This document shows, piece after piece, positions 9,569 through 17,572 of a stretch of DNA of 24,000 nt. The stretch comes from Grimontia kaedaensis (lineage in GTDB: Bacteria > Pseudomonadota > Gammaproteobacteria > Enterobacterales > Vibrionaceae): contig NZ_CP082275.1 in the NCBI RefSeq assembly GCF_023746615.1, positions 46,497 to 70,496 of the forward strand, given 5' to 3'. The notes beneath the pieces are model-generated. The model saw only the letters and a program-made list of their open reading frames with translations, made no database searches and was not told the DNA's origin. The stretch's first letter is position 1, and every line of letters begins with the position of its first letter. Both the position numbers and the translations under genes were made by a program.

Positions 9569-9895
9569 ATGAGCGACAAGATTTTGCAGCTGACCGACGA
9601 CAGCTTCGACGCAGATGTTATCAATGCTGCAGGCCCTGTACTGGTTGATTTTTGGGCAGAGTGGTGTGGTCCTTGTAAGATGATCGCCCCGATTCTTGAC
9701 GAGATCGCTGAAGAATACGAAGGGAAAGTCACTATTGGTAAACTGAATATCGACCAGAACGCAGGTACACCACCTAAGTTCGGTATCCGCGGTATTCCAA
9801 CGCTGCTGCTGTTCAAAGACGGTGGCGTAGCGGCAACTAAGGTTGGCGCTCTGTCCAAAACTCAACTGAAAGAGTTCTTGGACGCAAACCTGTAA
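9569..9895 (+). CDS. trxA: Thioredoxin 1
   Basis: 108 aa with the WCGPC active site. Near-identical in layout to E. coli TrxA ([35 protein letters not shown]...). A GGAG SD precedes the ATG. Confidence 0.97.
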   Translation: MSDKILQLTDDSFDADVINAAGPVLVDFWAEWCGPCKMIAPILDEIAEEYEGKVTIGKLNIDQNAGTPPKFGIRGIPTLLLFKDGGVAATKVGALSKTQLKEFLDANL

Positions 9896-9905
9896 TGTGA
9901 CAGAG

Positions 9906-9943
9906 AAGCCGTGACCATCCCCGGGCACGGCTTAATTCTTTTT
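9906..9943 (+). terminator. Rho-independent terminator after trxA
   Basis: Stem AAGCCGTG (9906-9913) pairs with CACGGCTT (9926-9933) across a 12-nt loop, followed by AATTCTTTTT. Confidence 0.7.
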
Positions 9944-9949
9944 ATCACC

Positions 9950-9978
9950 TAGACAGTTTTCCAATCTGGTGCTAACTT
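9950..9978 (+). promoter_or_regulatory. Candidate sigma70 promoter for rho
   Basis: TAGACA (9950-9955; 5/6 match to TTGACA), 17-nt spacer, TAACTT (9973-9978; fits TAnnnT). This would give a leader of about 100 nt before ATG 10084. Pattern match only. Confidence 0.4.
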
Positions 9979-10083
9979 ATTGCACGTAAATTGTACATTT
10001 CTGTTCATTCCTCGATCACAGCCTTGATCGCTAAACCCTAACTAACTCAGACCTCAAATTTGACTGACAAGACACCTACCACT

Positions 10084-11349
10084 ATGAATCTTACCGAACT
10101 GAAGAATCAGGCCGTTTCTGAGCTTGTAGCCTTGGGCGAAAGCATGGGCCTTGAGAACCTTGCCCGCCTCCGTAAACAAGACATCATCTTTGCCATCCTT
10201 AAGCAGCACGCGAAAAGCGGCGAAGATATCTTTGGCAACGGTGTGCTAGAAATTCTTCAGGACGGTTTCGGCTTCCTGCGCAGCGCAGACAGTTCTTACC
10301 TGGCAGGCCCGGATGACATCTACGTGTCGCCAAGCCAGATTCGCCGTTTCAACCTGCGTACCGGTGACACCATTTCAGGCAAAATTCGTCCACCGAAAGA
10401 CGGTGAGCGTTACTTCGCACTGTTGAAAGTGAACGAAGTTAACCACGACAAGCCTGACAATGCGCGTAACAAGATCCTGTTTGAAAACCTGACCCCACTG
10501 CACGCCAACGAGCGTATGGTGATGGAGCGTGGTAACGGTTCAACCGAAGACATCACAGCACGTGTGCTGGACTTGGCATCGCCAATCGGTAAAGGTCAGC
10601 GTGGTCTGATTGTGGCACCGCCAAAAGCGGGTAAAACCATGCTGCTTCAAAATATTGCGCAGAGCATTGCCTACAATCACCCTGAGTGTGAGCTGATGGT
10701 ACTTCTTATCGACGAACGTCCGGAAGAAGTGACCGAGATGCAGCGTCTGGTTAAAGGTGAAGTGGTTGCTTCAACCTTCGACGAGCCAGCAAGCCGTCAC
10801 GTACAGGTTGCTGAAATGGTGATCGAGAAGGCCAAGCGTCTGGTAGAGCACAAGAAAGACGTGGTTATCCTGCTGGATTCCATCACCCGTCTGGCACGTG
10901 CATACAACACCGTGGTACCAAGCTCAGGCAAAGTACTGACCGGTGGTGTGGATGCTAACGCACTGCACCGTCCGAAGCGTTTCTTCGGTGCGGCACGTAA
11001 CGTAGAAGAGGGCGGCAGCCTGACAATCATCGCCACAGCACTGGTTGATACCGGTTCTAAGATGGATGAAGTTATCTACGAAGAATTCAAAGGTACAGGT
11101 AACATGGAATTGCACCTGTCCCGTAAGATTGCGGAGAAGCGAGTTTTCCCTGCTATCGACTTCACCCGTTCAGGCACACGTCGCGAAGAGTTGTTGACCA
11201 AGCCTGACGAGCTTCAGAAGATGTGGATCCTGCGCAAGATTGTTCACCCGATGGGCGAAATCGAAGGCATGGAGTTCCTGATCGACAAGTTGGCAATGAC
11301 CAAAACCAACGACGAGTTCTTCGAAGCCATGCGTCGTCAAAAATCATAA
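10084..11349 (+). CDS. rho: Transcription termination factor Rho
   Basis: MNLTELKN...[30 protein letters not shown] is almost identical to E. coli Rho throughout. Walker A motif PPKAGKT is present. Start taken at ATG 10084; the ORF-track TTG at 10060 adds 8 non-homologous residues. Confidence 0.98.
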   Translation: MNLTELKNQAVSELVALGESMGLENLARLRKQDIIFAILKQHAKSGEDIFGNGVLEILQDGFGFLRSADSSYLAGPDDIYVSPSQIRRFNLRTGDTISGKIRPPKDGERYFALLKVNEVNHDKPDNARNKILFENLTPLHANERMVMERGNGSTEDITARVLDLASPIGKGQRGLIVAPPKAGKTMLLQNIAQSIAYNHPECELMVLLIDERPEEVTEMQRLVKGEVVASTFDEPASRHVQVAEMVIEKAKRLVEHKKDVVILLDSITRLARAYNTVVPSSGKVLTGGVDANALHRPKRFFGAARNVEEGGSLTIIATALVDTGSKMDEVIYEEFKGTGNMELHLSRKIAEKRVFPAIDFTRSGTRREELLTKPDELQKMWILRKIVHPMGEIEGMEFLIDKLAMTKTNDEFFEAMRRQKS

Positions 11350-11365
11350 GACGCGCCAGACTTCC

Positions 11366-11396
11366 AAAAAAAGCACCGCAATGCGGTGCTTTTTTA
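11366..11396 (+). terminator. Rho-independent terminator after rho
   Basis: A-run, stem AGCACCGC (11372-11379), loop AAT, stem GCGGTGCT (11383-11390), then TTTTTT. Confidence 0.85.
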
Positions 11397-11439
11397 TTAG
11401 CCTTACGAAGGCTCAGTGCTCTATTAATAATCTTATTGG

Positions 11440-11468
11440 TTGCCAAAACTGATACAGAGCATCAGAAT
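11440..11468 (+). promoter_or_regulatory. Candidate sigma70 promoter for the hypothetical gene at 11527
   Basis: TTGCCA (11440-11445), 17-nt spacer, CAGAAT (11463-11468). Pattern match only. Confidence 0.3.
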
Positions 11469-11526
11469 TGAGGCAAAATCGCCAACCAGTCAGCGAAAAT
11501 GGATCGGCTGACGCAGGATTTCCGGG

Positions 11527-12525
11527 ATGAAACGACTACTGATTCTACTCGCTGTTTTGCTGCCAACCGTGTTGCTTGGGGTGTCACGTGCTGTGACGCT
11601 TTCCTCGAATGACGTGGCCGCACATATGGCTGATCCCTCATCAGTATCCAAAATTCTTCAAGCCACCAAACTGTTCGACGATAATGATATGGATACGCTC
11701 AATACGTATCTGGACTCCCTACCCGAACTACTGAAAGAAGAAGCGCTGACCGTTTTGGCGCGCAGCGCGCTGGATTTCTCGCATATGACGCCGGAACGTG
11801 AAAAATTTCTGGTGACCATCAGCAGGCAGCAACCCAAGTTTCTGGTGAAAAGCCAGGGCGATGGTTTTTGGGTCACCATGCCAGCCTTTAATTATGCCGG
11901 TGAAGCAAAATGGGTACTCAACCGCTGGCAAATCAAGCTGATGCAGGATGAGGCGATGCGCCTTCTCAACTACAACCAGCTGAACCTCTCTAAATGGCTC
12001 TCTTTCTCTTCCAACGATTACGCACTGCGCCGTGAAGCGATAGTCACACTGGTGCCGACGCTGAACAAAACCATGCTGGATAAGCTGGTGGCGCTATATC
12101 TCGGTGATAAAAACATTGTTTGGAGTCCGGACAATGCACTTCTGGCTGCTCTCGCAGAGAAAAGTAGTGAGGCCAAGGTTTACAACTTGTTGTGGCTACG
12201 ACGCACGGACAGCTACAGCCTTGCTGCACTCCAGAAGCTTGAGATGCCGCCTGTCACTGAAAAGCATATTCAATTGATGATCGCTGCGACAGCGAACCCC
12301 GTATTGGCGGAAACGGCTGTGCGACAGCTTGCGGGATTGCACCCTTTGCCTCAAAACGTCAAAGACTTCCTTCAAAAACAAATTGCTGATCGCCAGCGCG
12401 GTAGAGATATCGCCGCACTCATTGCGCAAAGAGGTCATATTGACTGGCTACGCGAGTTGGAAGAAACGACCTCAGGCGTGACCCGCCGAAACATTCGCAA
12501 CGGTCTTGAGCAGGTAGAAGGCTAG
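11527..12525 (+). CDS. Hypothetical secreted alpha-helical (HEAT/ARM-like) protein
   Basis: 332-aa ORF with an AGGA SD 8 nt upstream. Signal peptide MKRLLILLAVLLPTVLLGVSRA|V. The rest is rich in Leu/Ala helical segments. No catalytic motif is recognisable by eye. Confidence 0.65.
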   Translation: MKRLLILLAVLLPTVLLGVSRAVTLSSNDVAAHMADPSSVSKILQATKLFDDNDMDTLNTYLDSLPELLKEEALTVLARSALDFSHMTPEREKFLVTISRQQPKFLVKSQGDGFWVTMPAFNYAGEAKWVLNRWQIKLMQDEAMRLLNYNQLNLSKWLSFSSNDYALRREAIVTLVPTLNKTMLDKLVALYLGDKNIVWSPDNALLAALAEKSSEAKVYNLLWLRRTDSYSLAALQKLEMPPVTEKHIQLMIAATANPVLAETAVRQLAGLHPLPQNVKDFLQKQIADRQRGRDIAALIAQRGHIDWLRELEETTSGVTRRNIRNGLEQVEG

Positions 12526-12552
12526 TCGCCTCAAGAATTCTTACATATCCGC

Positions 12553-12581
12553 CTGTTCAGGTTCCCTCTGCTCGTTATAAT
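12553..12581 (+). promoter_or_regulatory. Candidate promoter for ubiD
   Basis: A perfect -10 TATAAT at 12576-12581 with a weak -35 (CTGTTC at 12553-12558, 17-nt spacer), 30 nt upstream of the ubiD ATG. A GGGAAGG SD precedes ATG 12611. Confidence 0.35.
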
Positions 12582-12610
12582 CGAGCCAACACACCTCAAC
12601 TGGGAAGGTT

Positions 12611-14491
12611 ATGAAATTTACTGACTTACGCGTGTTTATCGACCACCTGGAATCTGTGGGCGAGCTTAAACGCATCTCTCATCCTGTTAGCCCAGATCAG
12701 GAAATGACCGAAATTGCCGACCGTGTTCTACGTGCCGGTGGTCCTGCACTCCTATTCGAAAACCCTGTCGGCTACGACATGCCCGTATTGGCAAACCTGT
12801 TTGGCACGCCGAAGCGCGTGGCAATAGGGATGGGACGCTCAGAAGTTAAAGAGCTGCGCGAAGTTGGCAAGTTGCTGGCTTACCTGAAAGAGCCAGAACC
12901 ACCAAAAGGCTTCAAAGACGCCATTGAAAAGCTGCCTGTATTCCGCCAGGTGCTAAACATGCCCGCAAAGCGTCTTCGCAAAGCGCCGTGTCAGGAAGTG
13001 GTGTGGCAGGGCGATGAGGTCGACCTCGATAAGGTGCCAGTGATGAGCTGCTGGCCGGGTGATGTCGCACCATTGCTGACCTGGGGGTTAACCATCACAC
13101 GCGGTCCCAACAAAAAGCGTCAGAATCTTGGAATTTACCGCCAACAGAAAATCGGTAAGAACAAAGTCATTATGCGTTGGCTGGCACACCGTGGTGGGGC
13201 GCTTGACCTGCGTGAGTGGATGGAAACCCATCCAGATAAGCCATTTCCGATTTCAGTCGCTTACGGTGCGGACCCAGCGACCATTCTCGGCGCGGTGACC
13301 CCGGTGCCGGACACCCTGTCTGAATACGCGTTTGCTGGCCTATTGCGTGGCAGTAAAACCGAAGTGGTGAAAAGCCTGAGTAACGATTTGGATGTACCCG
13401 CGAGCGCGGAAATTGTGATGGAAGGCTACATCGACCCGAATGAGTTTGCGGATGAAGGCCCTTACGGCGACCATACCGGTTACTACAACGAGGTTGAACG
13501 CCATCACGTGTTTACTGTGACTCATGTGACTATGCGCCAGAAGCCGATTTACCACAGCACATACACCGGGCGTCCGCCAGATGAACCTGCCGTTTTGGGT
13601 GTGGCACTGAACGAAGTGTTTGTGCCTATCTTGCAAAAGCAGTTCCCGGAGATTGTTGATTTCTATCTGCCGCCGGAAGGTTGCTCCTACCGTGCTGCAG
13701 TAGTGACCATGAAGAAGCAGTACCCAGGTCATGCCAAGCGCGTGATGATGGGCGTGTGGTCATTCCTTCGTCAGTTTATGTACACCAAGTATGTGATTGT
13801 TTGTGATGAAGACGTGGACGCGCGCGACTGGCACAGTGTGGCTCATGCGATGACGACCCGCATGGATCCGGTGCGCGATACCCTGATGATTGAGCATACC
13901 CCGATTGATTCCTTGGACTTCGCATCTCCTGTTGTTGGCTTGGGCTCGAAAATGGGTCTGGATGTCACCAAGAAGTGGGAAGCTGAGCTTTCAGGTTATG
14001 CTAATGACGACGCACGTGTTGCGGACAGCGAAGAGATTGAATCCCGCGTTGCGGCTCTTAAAGCAGCACACAGTGAATTGACAGATATCTACCTGCCGCC
14101 GGAAGCCCATGCCAACGGCATGGTGATGGCGACCATCAAGAAACAGGCGGTTGGTGATGGCCCACGAATCATTGAAGCGATTTGGAATTCGCTTGGGGAA
14201 GTGGCGGATGTGAAGTTTGTGATGGTGTTTGATGAGGAAGACGTCAACATCCGCGACTGGAACGATGTAATTTGGGCAATAACCACCCGAATGGATCCTG
14301 CTCGTGATACCCTGTTGCGCGCAAACGCGCAGGACGAAGAGTCACAGGCTCTGCGTCCGGGGTCTAAAATGGGATTAGATGCGACCAACAAATGGCCGGG
14401 TGAATCGGTTCGTGAGTGGGGAACGCCCATCAGCAAAGACCCGCTAACCGTCGCGAATGTAGATGAAATGTGGGATAAACTGGGTCTCTAG
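12611..14491 (+). CDS. ubiD: 4-hydroxy-3-polyprenylbenzoate decarboxylase UbiD (extended form with duplicated C-terminal module)
   Basis: Collinear with E. coli UbiD (MKF.DLR.FI..LE..GELKRI..., [52 protein letters not shown]). It is 626 aa because residues about 347-458 are repeated at about 489-598. Confidence 0.93.
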   Translation: MKFTDLRVFIDHLESVGELKRISHPVSPDQEMTEIADRVLRAGGPALLFENPVGYDMPVLANLFGTPKRVAIGMGRSEVKELREVGKLLAYLKEPEPPKGFKDAIEKLPVFRQVLNMPAKRLRKAPCQEVVWQGDEVDLDKVPVMSCWPGDVAPLLTWGLTITRGPNKKRQNLGIYRQQKIGKNKVIMRWLAHRGGALDLREWMETHPDKPFPISVAYGADPATILGAVTPVPDTLSEYAFAGLLRGSKTEVVKSLSNDLDVPASAEIVMEGYIDPNEFADEGPYGDHTGYYNEVERHHVFTVTHVTMRQKPIYHSTYTGRPPDEPAVLGVALNEVFVPILQKQFPEIVDFYLPPEGCSYRAAVVTMKKQYPGHAKRVMMGVWSFLRQFMYTKYVIVCDEDVDARDWHSVAHAMTTRMDPVRDTLMIEHTPIDSLDFASPVVGLGSKMGLDVTKKWEAELSGYANDDARVADSEEIESRVAALKAAHSELTDIYLPPEAHANGMVMATIKKQAVGDGPRIIEAIWNSLGEVADVKFVMVFDEEDVNIRDWNDVIWAITTRMDPARDTLLRANAQDEESQALRPGSKMGLDATNKWPGESVREWGTPISKDPLTVANVDEMWDKLGL

Positions 14492-14494
14492 AAC

Positions 14495-14773
14495 ATGTAT
14501 GCGGTACACCTGATGCCTGCCGGAACGCAATTTACCGTATCCGGACACCAGACATTATTACAAGGCGCGCTCGACGCAGGGGTACCTTTTCCTAACCGTT
14601 GCCAGATTGGGGCTTGTGCAAGCTGCCTGTGTCGGCTGGTTGAAGGCGAGGTGAGATATCATCTCGAACCAATGCTGACTGAACAGGAAAAACAACAAGG
14701 CTGGATCTTTGCCTGTCAGGCCATTCCATGCAGTGATCTGGTGGTTAGTTTTGAGGAAAGCGATGATTATTAA
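14495..14773 (+). CDS. Plant-type [2Fe-2S] ferredoxin (stand-alone, 92 aa)
   Basis: Cys ligand pattern C36-x4-C41-x2-C44-x29-C74 ([12 protein letters not shown]...FACQ). The ATG is 3 nt after the ubiD stop. The 3' end overlaps the fre start by 11 nt. Confidence 0.8.
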   Translation: MYAVHLMPAGTQFTVSGHQTLLQGALDAGVPFPNRCQIGACASCLCRLVEGEVRYHLEPMLTEQEKQQGWIFACQAIPCSDLVVSFEESDDY

Positions 14774-15482
14774 ATGTGAAGTTACGTCAGTGTCGTCACT
14801 GACCAATAACACCTATCGAATTTTATTGAAGCCTGAACAGCCAGTGACCTACAAAGCAGGTCAATATCTATTGGCGGTGATGGGCGAGAAAGATAAGCGC
14901 CCGTTCTCGATTGCCAGCAGTCCATGTCGCCAGAATGGCCATGAGTTAGAACTGCACATCGGTGCGGCAGAAGAAAACGCTTACGCGATGGACGTGGTGA
15001 AAGCCGCTCAAGCCACGCTGGAAAAAGGCGATAACTCATTTGTTATCGAAGCGCCACACGGTGATGCCTGGTTGCACGAGGAAAACCAGCGCCCGCTGGT
15101 CTTGATCGCGGGCGGTACAGGGTTCTCCTATGTGCGCAGCATGGTTGACCATTGCCTGAGCCAGAATTTCGCGCAGCCAATCTTCCTGTACTGGGGCGGC
15201 CGCGACGCGAGCCAGCTTTACGCCAATGACGAAATGGAAGCGCTGGCACTGAAAAACAGCCACCTGACCTACATTCCGGTAGTTGAAAATGCGCCGGAAG
15301 TTTGGAATGGCAAAACAGGCAATGTGCTGGAAGCGGTGATGGAAGATTTCGTTTCACTGTCGGCTTACGATGTCTACATCGCAGGTCGATTTGAAATGGC
15401 GGGCGCGGCACGCGAGATGTTCTGTAACGAGCGTGGCGCAGAACGAGACCACCTTTTCGCGGACGCTTATGCCTTCCTGTAA
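14763..15482 (+). CDS. fre: NAD(P)H-flavin reductase Fre
   Basis: [22 protein letters not shown] aligns with the E. coli Fre N-terminus (MTTLSCKVTSVEAITDTVYRVRI). Motifs RPFSIAS (flavin) and [10 protein letters not shown] (NAD(P)H) are present, with C-terminal [17 protein letters not shown]...[16 protein letters not shown] lies 5 nt before ATG 14763. The ORF-track start at 14709 is rejected. Confidence 0.93.
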   Translation: MIIKCEVTSVSSLTNNTYRILLKPEQPVTYKAGQYLLAVMGEKDKRPFSIASSPCRQNGHELELHIGAAEENAYAMDVVKAAQATLEKGDNSFVIEAPHGDAWLHEENQRPLVLIAGGTGFSYVRSMVDHCLSQNFAQPIFLYWGGRDASQLYANDEMEALALKNSHLTYIPVVENAPEVWNGKTGNVLEAVMEDFVSLSAYDVYIAGRFEMAGAAREMFCNERGAERDHLFADAYAFL

Positions 15483-15512
15483 GTGCTAAGCCAAGCGCGA
15501 AAGTCGGATAGC

Positions 15513-15544
15513 AAAACACCGCCAGATGGCGGTGTTTTTTGTTT
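15513..15544. terminator. Bidirectional rho-independent terminator between convergent fre and the DMT permease gene
   Basis: AAAA, stem ACACCGCC (15516-15523), loop AGAT, stem GGCGGTGT (15528-15535), then TTTTTTGTTT. Confidence 0.85.
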
Positions 15545-15559
15545 ATATGCACATTAACA

Positions 15560-16429
15560 TTAAGCTGTGGCGTCGATTTTCTTTTTGACCCAAGTCTCAT
15601 TGAGCCAGAGTGACGCGAGAATCACCACCCCGCCAAACGCCAACGTCATCAGGTCAGCATCGCGGTTCCAAATCAGCACATTCACGATAATACCTGCTGG
15701 CACCAAAACATTGTTCAACACGGCCAGCGCGCCTGCATTCACAAGGGTCGCGCCCTTGTTCCACAGGAAATAGCCCAGACCGGAAGCGATAGTGCCAAGG
15801 TAAATCAGAATGCCCCATTGTAGGTTGGTGGTGGGCAATTTGTCGGTACTGCCAAGCAGCAGGAACGCAGGCAGGGCAACACAGAGGGCGCCAAGGTAGA
15901 AAAGACCAAACACGGTACGCTGAGGCACTTCAATCTCGGCACGCTCCATCACCACCTTGTAGCCGACCTGACCGATGGCAAAACAGAGGTTCGCACCCTG
16001 AACAATTGTAAATCCCAGCATAAAATTTGGGTTTACGGAGGAAAACTTGATTACCACCGCACCTAATACCGCCAATGCCGCTGTCATCAAATACCAAGGC
16101 GAGAAACGACGGTTCAGTAAGTCATAGGTGAGAGTGACATAAACCGGTGTGAAAACCGTAAACAGCAGGACTTCCGGTACAGAGAGGTAGAGGAAAGACT
16201 GGTAGTAAAAGCAGTACATCAAGCCAAGCTGAATGCCACCAATGGACATCAGTTTCAACATCAGTGTTTTGGGTACACCTTTCAGACGCAAGAACGGTAG
16301 AAAGACAAGCGCAGCCAGTGCCACACGGGTGACAACCGAAAACCAAGCGTCAACCTGTCCGGCGAGATACACGCCAATCAAACTGAATGAAAAAGCCCAT
16401 AGCAGGGTGACAAACGATAAATACCCCAT
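15560..16429 (-). CDS. DMT superfamily (EamA-type) inner-membrane permease, YigM-like
   Basis: 289 aa with about 10 hydrophobic segments. The N-terminus LLWAFSFSLIGVYLAGQVD..F.VVTRVALAALVFLPFL resembles my recollection of YigM/carboxylate-amine transporter family members. Substrate cannot be inferred. Confidence 0.85.
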   Translation of the reverse strand: MGYLSFVTLLWAFSFSLIGVYLAGQVDAWFSVVTRVALAALVFLPFLRLKGVPKTLMLKLMSIGGIQLGLMYCFYYQSFLYLSVPEVLLFTVFTPVYVTLTYDLLNRRFSPWYLMTAALAVLGAVVIKFSSVNPNFMLGFTIVQGANLCFAIGQVGYKVVMERAEIEVPQRTVFGLFYLGALCVALPAFLLLGSTDKLPTTNLQWGILIYLGTIASGLGYFLWNKGATLVNAGALAVLNNVLVPAGIIVNVLIWNRDADLMTLAFGGVVILASLWLNETWVKKKIDATA

Positions 16430-16440
16430 TTTCTTTCCCT

Positions 16441-16485
16441 AAAATCATTAAAATTGCCGCCAATTCTAATGAACTTGGCGGCAAT
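16441..16485 (-). terminator. Probable rho-independent terminator of uspA
   Basis: On the minus strand: ATTGCCGCCAA (16485-16475), 11-nt loop, TTGGCGGCAAT (16463-16453), then TTTAATGATTTT. It lies 38 nt downstream of the uspA stop and ends 11 nt upstream of the DMT permease start codon (16429). Confidence 0.6.
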
Positions 16486-16522
16486 GTGTAGCGATCTTAT
16501 GCTGGACGGAGGAGCGTCATGA

Positions 16523-16948
16523 TCAGCTTGGCAGTGGCACCATCAACATGTCGACCGGCGTTTTGTTGATGAGCTGTTTGGCTGATGAAATGAGGGTGCT
16601 CCAGAAGTCCTGATGGTGGCCGCATAGCACCAAATCAATCCCATAATGATTGATGGACTCCGTGATTTCATCGGCCAGATCGCCGCTTGCAACCAGTGTA
16701 TGAGCGACGGGATACTCGGCGTGTCTCGCCAGCGCATTCAGTTGGGACTGCGCTTCATCGATAATGCGGTTGCGGGTCTCCACCAGATTCACATCGATAA
16801 GGCCGGTATAGAGCTGCGCGTAGTTCACATCAATGTGAATGAGTGAGAGTTTTGCTCCTAAGGGTGCAGCCAGTGCTGCGCCTTTTTGTACTAACACCTC
16901 ACTGTCAGATGACAAATCCACTGCCACCAAAATGTGTTTATAGCCCAT
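16523..16948 (-). CDS. uspA: Universal stress protein A
   Basis: MGYKHILVAVDLSSDSEVLVQKG...SLIHIDVNYAQLYTGLIDVNL...VLCGHHQDFWSTLISSAKQLIN..PVDMLMVPL is collinear with E. coli UspA. Start at the second ATG (16948), which has a GGGGAG SD 7 nt upstream. Confidence 0.93.
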   Translation of the reverse strand: MGYKHILVAVDLSSDSEVLVQKGAALAAPLGAKLSLIHIDVNYAQLYTGLIDVNLVETRNRIIDEAQSQLNALARHAEYPVAHTLVASGDLADEITESINHYGIDLVLCGHHQDFWSTLISSAKQLINKTPVDMLMVPLPS

Positions 16949-17119
16949 AGCCTGACTCCCCATTAAGCCAATGATTACAGATGAAAATTACCACTGTCCC
17001 TATGCGAAGACTGTTGCTTGGATCCCACTGCCGAAGTGCATTTGAAGAGGTTAGTGCCATGGCAGATTTTTCCTCAATGAAAAGTACGCCTCTCACAGAC
17101 AGAATAGCTATCAGACTGA

Positions 17120-17163
17120 TAAAAAAGAAAAACAATCGCTGTTTTGGGAGCGGCGCCCCAGCG
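17120..17163 (-). terminator. Orphan terminator-like hairpin in the uspA-uspB spacer (candidate)
   Basis: On the minus strand: CGCTGGGG-CGCCGCT-CCC(AAAA bulge)CAGCG followed by ATTGTTTTTCTTTTTTAT. No annotated gene lies upstream of it on this strand. The stem is imperfect (4-nt bulge). Confidence 0.35.
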
Positions 17164-17572
17164 CAAAGAATATTCAGATTGGGTTGGCGTTTTCAGCATC
17201 AAATCTATACTTAAAGTAAACGCGGCACCGAAAAGAACAGCACCAAGGGTGACGCGTGATGGCAAAGTGCGGTTCTCTATCCTTGGCGACAGCACCTCGA
17301 ACTACAACTCATTACTGAGATTTTAAGCCATCTGATGCCAGACATACGTATAAACCTATTCGAGTCTGGTTTACGTTTTACGCTGTTGTTGTGCAATTTA
17401 ACTCATACCGCCGATGCATAGAGTAAACAAACGGAAAACGTATTAGGGGAAGACGGAAAGACCCTGTTCTTCATTAAGTTTTACCAACAGACGCAGTGTT
17501 TCTTCTGCTGCCTCTGTGATGGAAAACCCTTCCAAACGGGTTTGAGCCATCAGTAACACTGGGAGATGAACC

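Noticed and set aside
10060-10083. Upstream alternative starts proposed by the ORF track: TTG 10060 for rho, 14709 for fre, 3532 for gor, TTG 21819 for the AKR, 16963 for uspA and 4525 for prlC
   Set aside because: In each case the extension has no counterpart in the E. coli homologue, and a downstream ATG with a better-placed Shine-Dalgarno matches the conserved N-terminus.
14495-15482. Idea that the ferredoxin ORF plus fre is a frameshifted (pseudogenised) fused ferredoxin-reductase gene
   Set aside because: Fre starts exactly where E. coli Fre starts and has its own GAGGA SD. The ferredoxin ORF is intact with all four Cys ligands. The 11-nt overlap looks like ordinary translational coupling rather than a lesion.
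15043-15600. 185-aa minus-strand ORF antisense to fre
   Set aside because: The product is extremely Arg/Pro/Gly-rich and of low complexity. It overlaps the well-supported fre CDS and runs through the fre terminator, so it is a shadow ORF.
16938-17060. 40-aa upstream ORF (MALTSSNALRQWDPSNSLRIGTVVIFICNHWLNGESGYGL) on the minus strand, with a GAGGAAAA SD, ending 11 nt inside uspA
   Set aside because: It is attractive as a coupled leader peptide. However, the best uspA promoter-like match (TTGAGG-N18-TAACCT at about 17078-17048) would start transcription downstream of its ATG. The peptide has no recognisable features, and I have no conservation evidence.
16981-17326. Plus- and minus-strand ORFs of 60-77 aa in the uspA-uspB spacer (16981-17214, 17074-17295, 17144-17326)
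   Set aside because: They have odd composition and no SD, some use GTG or other alternative starts, and they mutually overlap in different frames. They are not credible as genes.
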